DNA from: Aplysia californica
Lineage: Eukaryota
Length of the DNA stretch: 64,000 nt
Direction: 5' to 3'
Assembly: GCF_000002075.1 (NCBI RefSeq)
Contig: NW_004798271.1
Span: 123,658 to 187,657, forward strand
A program made the translations under genes and the position numbers. Below, piece after piece: positions 12,601 through 26,185 of this stretch. Each line of letters starts with the position of its first letter. Position 1 is the first letter of the stretch. Under the pieces are notes generated by a model. It saw only the letters and a program-made list of their open reading frames with translations. It did not search any database and was not told the DNA's origin.

Positions 12601-15600
12601 TCTCCACGACCTCCGCCTGAAACATACGTCGCAATATTTGTATGAAGGGACGCCACATAACAGGGTTTTTTTTCGGCTTTTTCACGTTTTTGTTTTTTTA
12701 AAATCATTTGGCATCCTTGAAGAGGAAGGCCACTGAGATAAGGTCCTTCTCCTCAAGATAGACATAATATTATTGGAGTTGATGCAACAAAGTCCCCATA
12801 CACTTACAAAGGAAAGGGGAGAGGTCAGAGGGATGTTTTTGTTTTCTCATTTACAAAATTTACAAGGTTCATTTTAGGTGAGGTCATGCTCCGTTCATTT
12901 TCAGATTCTTTTTCAAAAATCATTTGACATCCCTGTGAAAGCCATCATAGTGAAATCAGGCACTCGTCAAGATAATGAAATCCAACAAACTGACTTCTTT
13001 CGCCTGTCGGACAATTTTTATTGAGTTTTTCTTGGGCACCATTTAAAAAACACATTCCTGTGTGGATTTAACTGAAAAACGTTGATAAAAGCCACAAAAA
13101 TGTAAAATTTCAGTATCCAAAGATACTCAAGCTTTAGAAGTCACCAAACTTTGGTGGCCATTATTTTGCTAATTTTACCTCTCAAACCAGGCAACCCCCC
13201 ACCTCCTTCAGTTTCAATCCCAAATATCTCGACCTCAGTGCAAAATAGAAGGGTATTTTTTTTTCATCAAAAGCAAGATGAATAAGCTTTAAGGTGATAC
13301 CAATATCTCCACATGCCCAAAAATTGACGAACGCCCGATTCCAGTGTGTCTTAACACATATTGTTTTAGGTCATATAAGTGCTAAAGATTAGCAGTTGTA
13401 GTTTTAGGTCAAGTGAGAGTTTTACAGTACTTGCAACAGACAAGTGCTGAATATTAGAGGTGTTAAAAGAAACCAAACACAAACAGGATAAGAAAAAGAG
13501 ATGTTTGATTGGAAAGAAGGAGCAAACCAAATCAGAGCACCTGCAAACCACCCACAGGAAAATAATCTAAACAGATTGACAGAAACAGAAGAGGACAAGA
13601 AAAGTAGTAGGACCACCTAACAGTTTGGGAGCCCTCCAACCACCCACTCTCAATCACTAAACTTAAGTAACCTAAAAGTAAAACAGCAGTGTTACGGGTA
13701 CCAATTATGATCGCCAATTTAGTCAAAAGAAGCATAATATGGACACAAAAAGGATCGTTTAAAACACGGGAAAAATCCAAATGGAAAGAAACAAAAGAGG
13801 GAAAGAAAAGAAGTAGGACCACGAAAGAGCAAGCAGCGGGTGGGGGCGCCCTCCGCCCACCCACCAGTATATCTGCACTCACCCTGCCCGGAACGGCATC
13901 CTCCTGGCTCTCCTGCGAGGAACAACTGAGTTGCCTCCCTTTCCTCTTGCTGTTCTTGCTCTTGTCACGTGCGGCGTAGAGACCGTTGACCGGAGCGAAC
14001 GTGATGGTCTCGCTCTTTGCTGACGTAATCTTCTTCCACTCAGCTGGTCTCGAACTTTCTGAGCACACACAGGAAGGAAGCAAAAAAAATAATATATTTT
14101 TAACCCTATCCGAACGCCCTGGGGTCATTTTGTACCCCCCGGGGTTGTATTCTTCACATTTTAGAATACTTCTAGTGCGAAGATCTCTTTGAAACTTTCA
14201 GTATTTCTCAAAAAATCATTTTGACAGACTGCTATACAAAGCGTACGAATCAGATTAACGGGTAAATTTCCTCTTTGGAAAGTGGTGGCCCAGGGTTCCC
14301 TCTACAATTTTCCATAAAGGCCAAAATTCTGTTGGGACCAATGACGGAAACAATGTCTTGCAGTTTTTTGCATTTAAAGTAGGCCCCTATTTCCTTCGGA
14401 TCTCTCCAAAGTCTAGACATTCGGTTAAAATGTGTCTAATGGTAAAATCTGTGTTGCATCCGACACAGAACGGCTTCTCATCTCCCTGAAGGAGGTTTTT
14501 GTGTGTCAGGGCCGTGTGTCCGATGCGTAATCGAGTAAAAATGACTTTGTCTCTTCTGGAGACGTCCGGGGGATTTCGTGGTCCCAGTTTGGGTTTAATA
14601 TTGTGGAGTTTGTTACTCGTCTGTTTTTTCCAGTGGCTCTCCCACAGACTGGAGGTGTACTTTTTTACTTTATTTTTAAAGTCAGTCTGTGGGAGAGTGT
14701 TCGTCGTTGATCCCGACAGAAGGGATGAGGATTTCTCCGCCAGGTCGTCTACCTGCTCGTTTCCTCGGACGCCCACATGGCTAGGTACCAATGCGAACAT
14801 GATATTTTTTCCTGTTTCAGATAGGATGTGAATTTTTTGTTGTAGCCTAACTATTTTTGGGTGTAGGAGCATGTAGTTAGTGAGTGAGGTGACCCAAGAC
14901 AGCGAGTCAGAAAGGACAAGGAAAGATTTGTTAGGAGAATTTTCAACGGAGTCCAGTGCCATGTCAATGGCAGTGGCCTCTGCAGAGAAAAAGGAGGCTT
15001 CAGGATGGAGTCTCCTCTGGTGTGTATTGTTGGGAGATAGGACTGCGGCCCCCACATCATTGTCTTTTTGGAGCCATCCATGAAGATGAGCTCCGCACCG
15101 GGGTATTTTTCTGTTCGTTTTTTGTATTCTGTTTAAAAGTTTTGGTGTTTGTGCTTTCTTTGTTGTGTGTGGTCTGCTGTAAGTCTACTTTTGCCTAGGT
15201 GAGGTGCCACAGAGGGAGGTCGGGGAAAATAATTTGTTGGATGTCTTGTTTGGAAAAGTGTAAGTTTTTGAGGTCCTCAAGGATTCAGAGGCCGAATGGT
15301 TTGATGAGTTTTTCGTTGTTTTGGAATTTGTTTATGGTATCTGGGTTTGTTTTAAATACGCAGTTGTGCGCTGGATTCTCTGGTGTTGAGCTCTGTTTAA
15401 CTGCGTATTGTAGTGAGAGTTGTGTGCGTCTGAGTGAGAGTGGTGGTATGTTGGCCTCGGCCTGGAGGCTCTCCATCGGAGAAGTGCGGAAAGCCCCCCA
15501 GAGCGGGGCGGAGTCCTTAGTTTTGTACTGGGTCTAGCATTTTTAAGATGTGCGGTTTTGCCGATCCGTAGACTTGACAGCCGTAGTCAAGCCTGGACCG

Positions 15601-18600
15601 GACAAGGGAGATGTACAAGTGGAGAAGGTGTTTTGAGTCCCCGCCCCACTCCGGATGCGATAGATTTTTCAAAGAGTTTAACGCTTTCTGGCACCTCACA
15701 CGAAGGTCTTTGATGTGTGGTATGAATGTGAGTTTTTTGTCGAATACAACGTCGAGGAAACGAGCTTGGTCCTGGACGGGAATCCTTTCCCCGTATAGTG
15801 TCAAATCCGGTTGCAGCACACGTCTGCCTGTTCGGCAGAAGTGTACTGCAACCGTCTTTGACGGGGAGAACTTGAAACCGTTATTGTTTGCCCACTTTTC
15901 GAGTTTGTGCACTTTCCATAGATCTCAGATGAGGATTTTTCGAATGGCAGCATATCAAAAAGTCGTCAACGTAAAACGGAGGGTTTTTACGATGGAATCT
16001 ATTTTGATTTCAAATAGGAGAGGAGAAAGGATGCTCCCCTGGGGGACTCCTTCCTCCTGTTGGTGGGGGTCTGAAAGGGAGGATCCGACACGAACCTGGA
16101 AGGAACGGTTCTTCAGGGAGTTGCCAATGAAGGCAGGGAGGTGACCGCGTATGCCGAGTGCGTGCAGGTCTCTGAGAATGCCGTACTTCCAGGTTGTGTA
16201 GAAGGCTTTTTCTAGGTCGAAAAAGATGGCGAACATGTGGCCTCCTTCAGCGAACGTCTCTCACATAAACGTCTCCAGGCGGACCAGGCGATCCAGAGTG
16301 GATCGAGTTTTTCTGAATCCGTACTGGAGACCGCTCAGCGAGCCCGTCGTCTTCAGAAACCACATGAGTCGCCTGTGAATCATTTTTTCAATAAGTTTGT
16401 ACAGACAGCTCGTTAGTGCTATTGGTCTGTAACTGGATGGGTGTGTGTGGTCTTTGCTTGGTTTGGGTATTGGAATGACAGGAAGACTCCGGAAAGGAGT
16501 GCGACCACCACATGTCGTTGTATATGTCTAGCAGGAGTGTAAGTGTTTCTGAGGGTAAGTGTCTAATGATCTGGTTGTGGACGTCATCCGGTCCCGGGTC
16601 TGTGTTGCCCAGGTCCCAGATGCACGATATTAGTTCGTCTATTGTGAAGTCTGCGTTGTAGGTTTCAGTGTTGTTTGAGAAGAATGACATTGATATGGCT
16701 GCTGAATCTTTGCACTCATAGACAAACTGAAAAGTTCTTGTGATCCCAAACTTGCTGAAAGTGTTATGAAATGTTCAAATAGACTAAGTAATCTTTTGAA
16801 ATCAACATGTAAAGAAAATAAACGTATAGGTGCATTTTTTTTACTTGGTAAAGATGAAGCTTTCGGAACCAAAAGAGGCAAGGAAATCAGATGTCAGCCA
16901 GGCAGGGTAAGAAAGTCAGGAAATGGATCACGCCAAGCAGTCAGAAAGGGAAGACCTGTGTCTTTGCAAGCTCTAAGCATGCGACCAAAACCTCGAAAGA
17001 GAAAACGTAGCCTGGTCACAAAGGTTAAAAATAACGTCAATATGCCCAAAAAATCTGGCAAACATGTCATGAAATCGAAGGTGAGAAAGGTTGCTTCTTC
17101 ATCAAATTCTCAATCCAAAATCTCTCCTCAATCAAATTCTAGATTGTGTTTATAAACACCAGAAATACCATATTTTTATTCTGTCAGCCTCCTCCTCCTC
17201 CTCCTCCTCCTCCTCCTCTCAACATTCAAGTGTGTCATTTTGTGGTCGGAAATCCATTTACCTATTTGGAGGCTTAAAGACTCGGTAAATAAACAATATG
17301 CGTTTATTATAGTGTTGTCTGTTGGGTTGCCCATTTGAAGTGTTTTATTTTCTTGGTTCTTATAAGAAGACATTAGGTCTTTACAAAATGTTAAAATCTG
17401 AAAATCTGAAAATCTGAAATTGAAATGTTTCATTACAACATTCTCTATTGGAGGATTACACCATCACTTCACATTGTAATGTTTCATTACAACATTCTCT
17501 ATTGGAGGATTACACCATCACTTCACATTGTAATGTTTCATTACAACATTCTCTATTGGAGGATTACACCATCACTTCACATTGTAATGTTTCATTACAA
17601 CATTCTCTATTGGAGGATTACACCATCACTTCACATTGTAATGTTTCATTACAACATTCTCTATTGGAGGATTACACCATCACTTCACATTGTAATGTTT
17701 CATTACAACATTCTCTATTGGAGGATTTCACCATCACTTCACATTGTAATGTTTCACTACAACATTCTCTATTGGAGGATTTCACCATCACTTCACATTG
17801 TAATGTTCAACACTTTGTCGGCTCATCTCGCTGATTGGCGATGTTTACCACCCAGTTTCTTTGGATTTTCCCCAAAATATGATGGTAAAGTGCAAAACGG
17901 TGTTACAAAACAATAATCTTCGGAAGATTGAATATTTTATAGAAGGCTGTCAGTCTGTCAGCTAGCCTTTTTAACATGGCATACCTTGGAACAAGTTCTA
18001 GCTATTAAAATACGTAATAAGTATTTTTCCAACTGAGCCCTAGAGGTAGATGGTTTACAATTCAAGTAAAAAAAGACGTGTAAAGTGGAAGGCCGTAAGA
18101 ATATAGTCTTTTATTGATTAACGACAATAAAATCAATTTGATCAATGTACTAATACAAAGAAAAAACATAAGAAAATTATAAATACATGGTATACATGAT
18201 ATGTGGTAAAATGATTTTTTTTATAGTAGAGGGTTTTACAGCGCTCGCAACTGCATAAGGTCAAATGAGCGCCAACGGGTGGATGTCAACAAAGAAGTCC
18301 TTACAGGGAATCAGACTTAGACTGCTCACCTCTCTAGCTTCAGCAGCACAAAGTCTGCTTCGACTATCAAGGCACCCCGGAAATAGCAGGTCACAACAGA
18401 GTGACAAACATACAAAAAAGTAGAGGAAAATGACAATAGTAAGGATTAGGAAAGAAAAAGCAGCAGTTCCCTGTTGTAGATCAGGCACAGTTATGAGCGT
18501 GACATGATGAATCAGCCCATTTACAATTCTACTGTGCTTGAATTCCCTTTGGAAATGGCCTTAAGACACTTCAGTCAGTGGCACTGCACCGGGGGGTTGG

Positions 18601-18630
18601 CCTACACCCTGGTGCACGGTGAGAAAGGCA

Positions 18631-18684
<54 letters not shown>

Positions 18685-19442
18685 CACTTCTGGGAACACA
18701 CACAGTGCCCCACTATGATTCATTAAGAATGCATGTTTTTCATGTGCCTTATTAAATTTGATTTCACATTACATTCAACATTACAAATGCTGCATTTAAA
18801 AGCTTGTTTTGTGTGAACAGTAGAATGGCGTTTTAGAAGCCATCTACTCTGAAAGTTTTTTCCACATATCTCACACTGGTGAGATTGCTTGTGTTCCTTA
18901 GCTTGATGGCGAAGGAGAGCCTGTCTGTCCTTTAGTACGTCCCCACATTCTGGGCACATGGGCTGGCAATATTTCTGGTGATAGACCAGAGATCGGTGAT
19001 TCTTGTACTCCGCGCCACAGTGCTCACATTTTTCCCGCTCTGCCAGCCCGCTGTCCACTTCCTGCCTGTGCCTTTGGGCAGCTTTCCTCCACTCCTGTTG
19101 AAAATGGTGAAAAATGGTATGGGATTAACGCCCCTATCAACACTATTAAATCCTGTTGATTGAAAATGAGTCATTAAAACTAACCCTGTCCGTACCCCCT
19201 GGGCTCATTTTGTACCCCCGGGGTTGTATTCTTCACATTTTAGAATACTTCTAGTACGAATATCTCTTTGAAACGTTCAGTATTTCTCAAAAAATCATTT
19301 TAACAGACTACTATGCAAAGCGTACATATCGGATTAACGAGTAATTTTCCTCTTTGGAAAGTGGTTGCACAGAGTTCCCCCACGTTGTACGGATACGATA
19401 GTAAAACACAATGTACGGAGAGGGTTAATTATTTTCTGAGTG

Positions 19443-19481
<39 letters not shown>

Positions 19482-22400
19482 GTATGAATTTGTATTTTGT
19501 GTGTGTGTGAGTATTCCTATACACAAAAATTTCAAGTATTAGCATTGCTTTTACTTTGTATTTTTAATTTTGTTTTGGTCATTTGACTTATGCACAATAA
19601 AATTGAAAAAAAAAAAATTTTAAATTGATTATGTCTTGCCGTTCTTTTTTTTTTATTGTTCGACACTGGGGGCTCTTGTGGCCTAGAGGTTAAGGTGTTG
19701 GCCTCTCATTCTAAGGTCCCGGGTTAGAATCCGGGCATTGACCGAAAAATTTTCTTCTTTAAAATTGTCTCCTTTCACCTCCTTTCCTGCTCTCTGACAA
19801 TGTTCTGTCGTCTGCTTTCGTCTACACTTTCAGCCCCCATCCCATCACCTTCTTTGCCCCCTCCTCTTGGCTCCTGACTCTTTCTGCAACCTTTCTACTG
19901 CTGCTCCTTGACTCCTTCTTACAGCTGTCTTTCCGCCACACCCTTTATCTTCTGGTAGGAAAGATCTACACTTAGCTTTCTCGGACAAGGGCGAAAAATC
20001 TCGGAGGTCCCATGTGCAAGCTGCGCACTTAAAGATCCTTAAACTTAAAGATCGCTTAGTGGTCTAAAATTGAGAGCAGGCTTCAGCCTCCACCCACACG
20101 GGCAAAATTCAAAATTTCCTACCCACAGAAAAAGTTTAGTGTGTCCAACACACTCATATGATCTACCAACAACAACAAAATTGTCCAACGCTGAAAAAGA
20201 AAAAAAAAAGAAAAGAAAAATGAAGTGGAACTGGCCAACGACTGTGTTGGCACAGTTGTAGTACTAAGTAGTAGTACATGTAGTCAAGTACAAGTCAACT
20301 TGGGGCCATCATCATTCACAAGGAGGACCTGTCTCTCACCATTGGCTTAAGCTCCCTTAAGTTTTTAAGTACGATTTGTATATTAGACCAACATATTGTC
20401 ACTTATACGACCTCTGTATCGAAGTACCATAAATCTTTACTCAAACTCAAACAAGGCCTACAGCTCAATAACTTCCGATTTGGTCAAACGACCAATCAAT
20501 TCTGGTGCTTTCATTCTTAAAAGTCACAAAATCTTTTTTTTTTCTTTCGTAGAAGTAATTCAGTTGTCCAAAACGTAGTAGCCATAACTATAATATGGTG
20601 GTAAAGATTAAAAAGTAAATGAAAGTAAATTTTGGAGCAATAGTAACAGATGGTACCTTTCGAGTATCTGCGTCCAACGACTGCCACATTTTCGATGTAA
20701 CCTTTGAAACTTCGCCCAGATTTGGTTCACCCAGTTGACTCATAACCTGGGGCTGTGAAAGAAAATAAGTTACACATTGTAATGAAAGCTGAAAAGTTAT
20801 GTTTGCACTATTGTCGATATATATAGCGGGCCAAATCTCATTATTACCATGAATAGTAATATTTCTCACAATTTTACAGACACTAGACACTAGCACTCTT
20901 CTTAAGGCTGATACTTGTGACGTCGGTGGCCTAGTGGTTAGGCTCTCAGACTCGCAACTGTAAGGTTGTGGGTTGGAATCCTGACAGGGGCCCGACATTG
21001 TGTCCTTGGGAAAGGCACTCTGCACAAATTTTCCTCACTTCACCCAGGTGGGAATGGGTACCCGGCTATAGACNNNNNNNNNNNNNNNNNNNNNNNNNNN
21101 NNNNNNNNNNNNNNNNNNNNNNNNNNNNNNNNNNNNNNNNNNNNNNNNNNNNNNNNNNNNNNNNNNNNNNNNNNNNNNNNNNNNNNNNNNNNNNNNNNNN
21201 NNNNNNNNNNNNNNNNNNNNNNNNNNNNNNNNNNNNNNNNNNNNNNNNNNNNNNNNNNNNNNNNNNNNNNNNNNNNNNNNNNNNNNNNNNNNNNNNNNNN
21301 NNNNNNNNNNNNNNNNNNNNNNNNNNNNNNNNNNNNNNNNNNNNNNNNNNNNNNNNNNNNNNNNNNNNNNNNNNNNNNNNNNNNNNNNNNNNNNNNNNNN
21401 NNNNNNNNNNNNNNNNNNNNNNNNNNNNNNNNNNNNNNNNNNNNNNNNNNNNNNNNNNNNNNNNNNNNNNNNNNNNNNNNNNNNNNNNNNNNNNNNNNNN
21501 NNNNNNNNGGGCGCATTCAACCTAATAATAATATCCCTGTACTAGTAGGAGTAGGAAGAAATCTGTTTTATTTCTCCTTCAGTGAATAAAAGAACAAGAT
21601 ATCAAGACATTTTTGTGATTTTAGGACTTAAGTCCCATTTAGGAACAAACCAGTTTCATTAAAAAACACAAACCAAAGTACAAAAGCTGTCAGAATGCAC
21701 AGAAAATTGAGGTAGCCAACCTGGTACTGGTACTAATAGTAATACTGAGGGTACATTTGCCATAACATTTTCAAAAAAAAAAGAAAAAGAAGTTTCATTC
21801 ACCATCTAGATTCTAGAATATATACGTTTCACATGATCATTGGTCGTGGCAAGCTGGAAAATAATAAATGGAGGGTATGGAATCCGGAGCCGTGGGGGGG
21901 GCAAAAACGAAAAAAAAAACCCTGAAAATGAATAACCGGGGGGGCAGGAAGGGAAGGGTTATTCGATACCCTACAGTAGTCTAGTAGAGTTCATCAAATT
22001 TGAACAAACATCAATAATAATATGAAATGACAATTTTCCCAAATGCTCCGAAATATAAGCCCAATCTATATCTTCCTGAACACATTCGTAACGCATGATT
22101 GTATATCTGTAACATTTGATCGTATATATATATACATTATATATTATTGACCCTCATGACAACAGGCTCTACTCTATAGCAAAGCACTCGATTAGTCAGC
22201 AAGTGGTTCTGGGTTCGGACCCATGATCTATCTTGATTTTATTTTTTTAACTTAAAATTTGTTGTTTACCATCCATTCCACTCAGTCTATCTTTGATATT
22301 TCTTTTAACTACTTAATATTTGGAATTTTCGATCCAGGCTGGGGTGAGGTCTAGGGTTTTGGGCTAGAGTTAAGGAAGGTTTAGTGGCTTGGGGTTAGCA

Positions 22401-24899
22401 TTCAGGTGTGGACTAGGGATCGGGCGAAGTATGATTCCTTTATCCACACCCTTACTCTAACTCTAAGCCTGAAATTCTCACCCCAACCCTACCCCAAACC
22501 ATAAACTCACCCCAGGCCTAACCCTTAGCCCAAACGCTAAATCCATTCCACTGTTAGGGAAGATCTCTAGAAATCTAGATCTAGATAGTTAGGACTAGGG
22601 TAAGCGAACACCAATAAGCGAACACCACCCTGCGCACTAAAAGAAGGGACGTTGGGAATCGGGTGTAGTAAAAAAAATAGTTTTCATTGAAATTATAATT
22701 TGAAGAAGAGGACTAAGCTTTCTTGTAAAAAAAAAGTAAGCTAGATCTAGATTATAGATGATCTAGAATCTAGATAGGACAGGTTAATTGCAGTTTTCTA
22801 GGTGGGGATCACTTACAATAGTCCTCCCTCTGGATCTAGATACTAGATCTCGATCTAAATCTAAACCTTTCCATTTTTATATAGTGTAAAGCGCATAGAG
22901 CCTGCTGTTGAGCGGGGATATGCGCTATACAAATGCTATCTATTATTATTATTACTTGTCACTTACCGCAATTTTCTGGTAAAAATGGTTGTAACTTGAC
23001 TGCTTGACAGATCTCTTTGTCCCAGCCTCCAAGGTAGAAGTAGATGTAGAATCTAGAGGAATATGTACTGGATCTCGATTCTCACTCTTATATGGGACAT
23101 CACTTTGCCAAGCCCATGTTCCGGCAACTAGATTTATAAATAGATTGAAGTTTGACGCGTGTCAAAGGTTGGGATGTGGCTGACGATTCGGGATGTGTCC
23201 GCGGGTTGACGAAATGGAAATGCGCGTCTCCTATATGCAACAACGAAGCGCTGAACCCCTACACCACACACGCCAGCAGGAACAGACAAAATACGACGGG
23301 CTCTGAATGAAAAAGCAGAGGTCGTTGAACTCATGGTTGTCCAATCCCTATTTAATTAAAGTTTCAGTAAGTTTTACAGCACTTGCAACACAAATAAGTC
23401 ACATAAGTGCCGTAGATTAGAGGTGTTACTATAGATTTTTTCGATTTTATAGATTTTACTGATTTGAAAGGCCTTTGGTCCATACATCCACATATACGAC
23501 TTGGCAAATACATAATTTTGAGCAGCACATCAGGTAATTTACCTAAATTGGGCACGCATACATACATGCATACACATACATACTACATACTTATGTGAGG
23601 CAGTGTGGTGAAATCGGGCGCTCGTCAAAATAATAAAAGTGAGAAAACTGGCATTTTCCACAGGTTGGTGAATTTTTATCAAAGTTTTTTTTTTTGGCTC
23701 AACACTTATCATGCCCATTAACACTTTGCCATCACATGTCGCCGATCGGCGATGTTTACCACACCGTGTCTTTGGATTTTCTCATTTGCCTTTGCTGGCA
23801 AGGGTTTTCACTGTATGATGAGCCTTGTGATAGTAAAGTATTAAAGAACATACTTCTGTGTGGATTTTATGGATAAAGGTTGATTACAGCCGAAAAAAAT
23901 GTAAATTTTCAGTTTTCCCGGACTCTCAAGCTAAAGAAATAACTCATCTTTGACAGCCATTTTCTCATTAATTTTACATCTGAAACCAGGCGATCCCCCA
24001 TCTCCTTCATTCGCAAATATCTTGACTTCTTTTCAAGATAAACTGATAATTTTTTAAACCCAAAGCAAGACAAATGAACACACTTTATGATGATACCAAT
24101 CACTCTACATGCCCAAAAATAGACGAGAGCCTGATGCCACCGAGTCGTGACACATATGTTACTAGATAGCAACATACAAAGAAAGCTCAAGTACCCACCT
24201 TTGTTTGTATCTGGGTCGGGAGAAGGTTCGTCTTTGATATCTGTCAAACGAGGCATCACTGACATTTGTGGGAGGGGAGGGGAGCTGGCCGACTCTGTGA
24301 AGTCGTAGCTGGGAAACTTGGAGTCTTTGCCTCCTATACTGCCGTGCAAGATCTTGCTGTCCGTGTCTGTCTGGCTGTTGTGTTCATCGGCGTCTCTTTG
24401 TTCAGTTTCCTCCTCCTTCACAGGACAAGCTGTGTGATAGTAGAAAGATTTGTGTGAGAAACAAGAAGCACATCGACATGATAACATTCATTTAGCCATT
24501 TTAGTAAGTAAGAGTTTTATAATACTTGCAACACAAACAGGTTATAAGTATTGGAGATTAGAGGTTGAACTAGAGAGTTACATACAAAGAAAAGGAGAGA
24601 TAAGAACGATTACGATACATGTTTTGATAAGAAAGAAGGAGCAAACCGCACCAGAGCACCCGCCAACCAATAACGAAACCAGAGGGGGCATACTGACAGA
24701 TGCCCAAATAAAAATGCACATTCACAGACACACTAACAGGCATACCGGATACACAGAAACACACATGTGCACACACACAAATCAATACATAGACTCACAT
24801 ACACACAGATAACATGCACACATGTGTGCTATGTATCTATCTATAAACGTATGCATAAATGCAAACACATCACTACATACATAACAATAAACACACGCC

Positions 24900-24956
<57 letters not shown>

Positions 24957-26185
24957 TCTCAAAAGTTAAAATGTCAACACACACACAAAACATAGACACA
25001 CACACACACACACACAAAACACTGACACAGAGGCACATAAAGACCCACCAGTCTCCGATGCAGTGTCTTCCCCTTTGGCCAGCTGTGAGGACAGGCTGAA
25101 CATCCACTCCATCACGCTTGACCTGTGGGCAAACACACACAGGAAATACAAGATCTATCTAGATCAAAGGTCAGGCAAACCGAAGAAGATACACAGAAGA
25201 GTAAATAACTAGACCAAGAGTAAAAAGAAAATGTTTCTTTTATGTAGGTGTTGATACGCTCCCATCAACACAGTTTTGATGATTTATGAGACATCCCCAT
25301 TCACCTGTCTATTAACTCAAAGCCCAGAAGGTAGACACCCCCACTCACTAATATCAAAGCCCGAAAGGAAAAACACCTCACTGACCTGTCCACTAGTTCT
25401 AAGCCTTGCAGGTAAAACTCCCCCACTCACCTGTCCACTAGTTCAAAGCCTTGCAGGTAAAACTCCCCCACTCACCTGTCCACTAGTTAAAAGCCTTGCA
25501 GGTAAAACACCCCACTCACCTGTCCACTATTTCAAAGCCAGGCAGGTAAAACTCCCCCACTCACCTGTCCACTATTTCAAAGCCTTGCAGGTAAAACACC
25601 CCACTCACCTGTCCACTATTTCAAAGCCAGGCAGGTAAAACTCCCCCACTCACCTGTCCACTATTTCAAAGCCTTGCAGGTAAAACACCCCACTCACCTG
25701 TCCACTATTTCAAAGCCTGGCAGATAAAACTCCCCCACTCACCTGTCCACTATTTCAAAGCCTGGCAGGTAAGCTGCCATCATCTCCATGACATCCTCCA
25801 GGTCGAAGCAGTCCTCCACCTCCCCCTGACCAATCAGCTCCATGATCCCAAGCAAGTATGACAGAACAATTTCATCGATGTTGCTGAAACATACAAAAGC
25901 AGATTTTTAAAAAATTTTAAGAACGTTTGCTTATTTGTACGTTCAAGTTTGTTTAGGAACAGCTAAAAGAACTAAGACAGCATCAGATTTAAAACAGCAT
26001 TTACGCCAATCATTTCAAACTTTTGGTGCGAAAAAGGGATTTTTGTAAAATAATAAAAACAATGGTTATATAGCGCCATATCTCTATAATTTATAATGTA
26101 GCACATAAAATAAACACCTTATTGAACCTCCCAGTGAGTGTCGTTCCAAGAAAGTTGACAGCTCCTTGTGCACCCTCGCCTCCAT
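9629..26185 (-). CDS. CUEDC2: CUE domain-containing protein 2 (~386 aa); coding exons 26185-26118, 25883-25743, 25122-25049, 24429-24199, 14058-13883, 12616-12431, 11457-11381, 10565-10505, 9775-9629
   Basis: All junctions GT-AG with matching phases (sum 1161 nt). N-term [12 protein letters not shown]...[20 protein letters not shown] domain [33 protein letters not shown]-term [19 protein letters not shown]...[19 protein letters not shown] is the characteristic CUEDC2 end. Confidence 0.93.
11605..11958 (-). mobile_element. tRNA-headed CORE-like SINE with L2-type tail (copies 20922-21073 plus, 22883-22953 tail only, 41970-42310 minus)
   Basis: GTGGCCTAGTGG/GGTTCGAATCC boxes; CORE-like GTGTCCTTGGGAAAGGCACTT...ATGGGTACC; tail TGTAAAGCGCATAGAG...GCGCTATACAAAT(ATT)n. 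Confidence 0.8.
14310..16690 (-). mobile_element. Decayed, truncated I/Nimb-clade LINE ORF2 (RT + RNase H + Zn knuckle) in CUEDC2 intron 4
   Basis: Frameshifted pieces: [83 protein letters not shown]. Confidence 0.9.
17425..17807. repeat. 54-bp tandem repeat x7
   Basis: Near-identical units (18-codon periodicity in the ORF track). Confidence 0.95.
18723..23052 (-). CDS. Nested HMG-box + four C2H2 zinc-finger coding unit in CUEDC2 intron 4; exons ~23052 (or 23127)-22967, 20752-20657, 19094-18723; no start codon found
   Basis: Phase-0 GT-AG splices join [17 protein letters not shown]|[32 protein letters not shown]|[12 protein letters not shown] into a complete HMG-box pattern, followed by CEHC..HQKYC, CPEC..HQAKEH, CEIC..HSTVH, CSIC..HMKNMH*. 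Confidence 0.75.
19184..19424. mobile_element. piggyBac-like MITE (truncated copy 14104-~14300)
   Basis: (C/T)TAA|CCCTGTCCGTAC ... GTACGGAGAGGG|TTAA. Confidence 0.7.
25295..25772 (-). repeat. 44-45-bp tandem repeat containing the CUEDC2 exon-2 3' end and splice donor
   Basis: Unit TACCTGCCAGGCTTTGAAATAGTGGACAG|GTGAGTGGGGGAGTTT, about 10 copies. Confidence 0.9.

Noticed and set aside
17425-17916. Repetitive 163-aa and 128-aa ORFs
   Set aside because: Translation of the 54-bp tandem repeat.
16700-18060. Possible L1/Tx1 RT remnants around the 54-bp array
   Set aside because: Too degenerate to support without an alignment.
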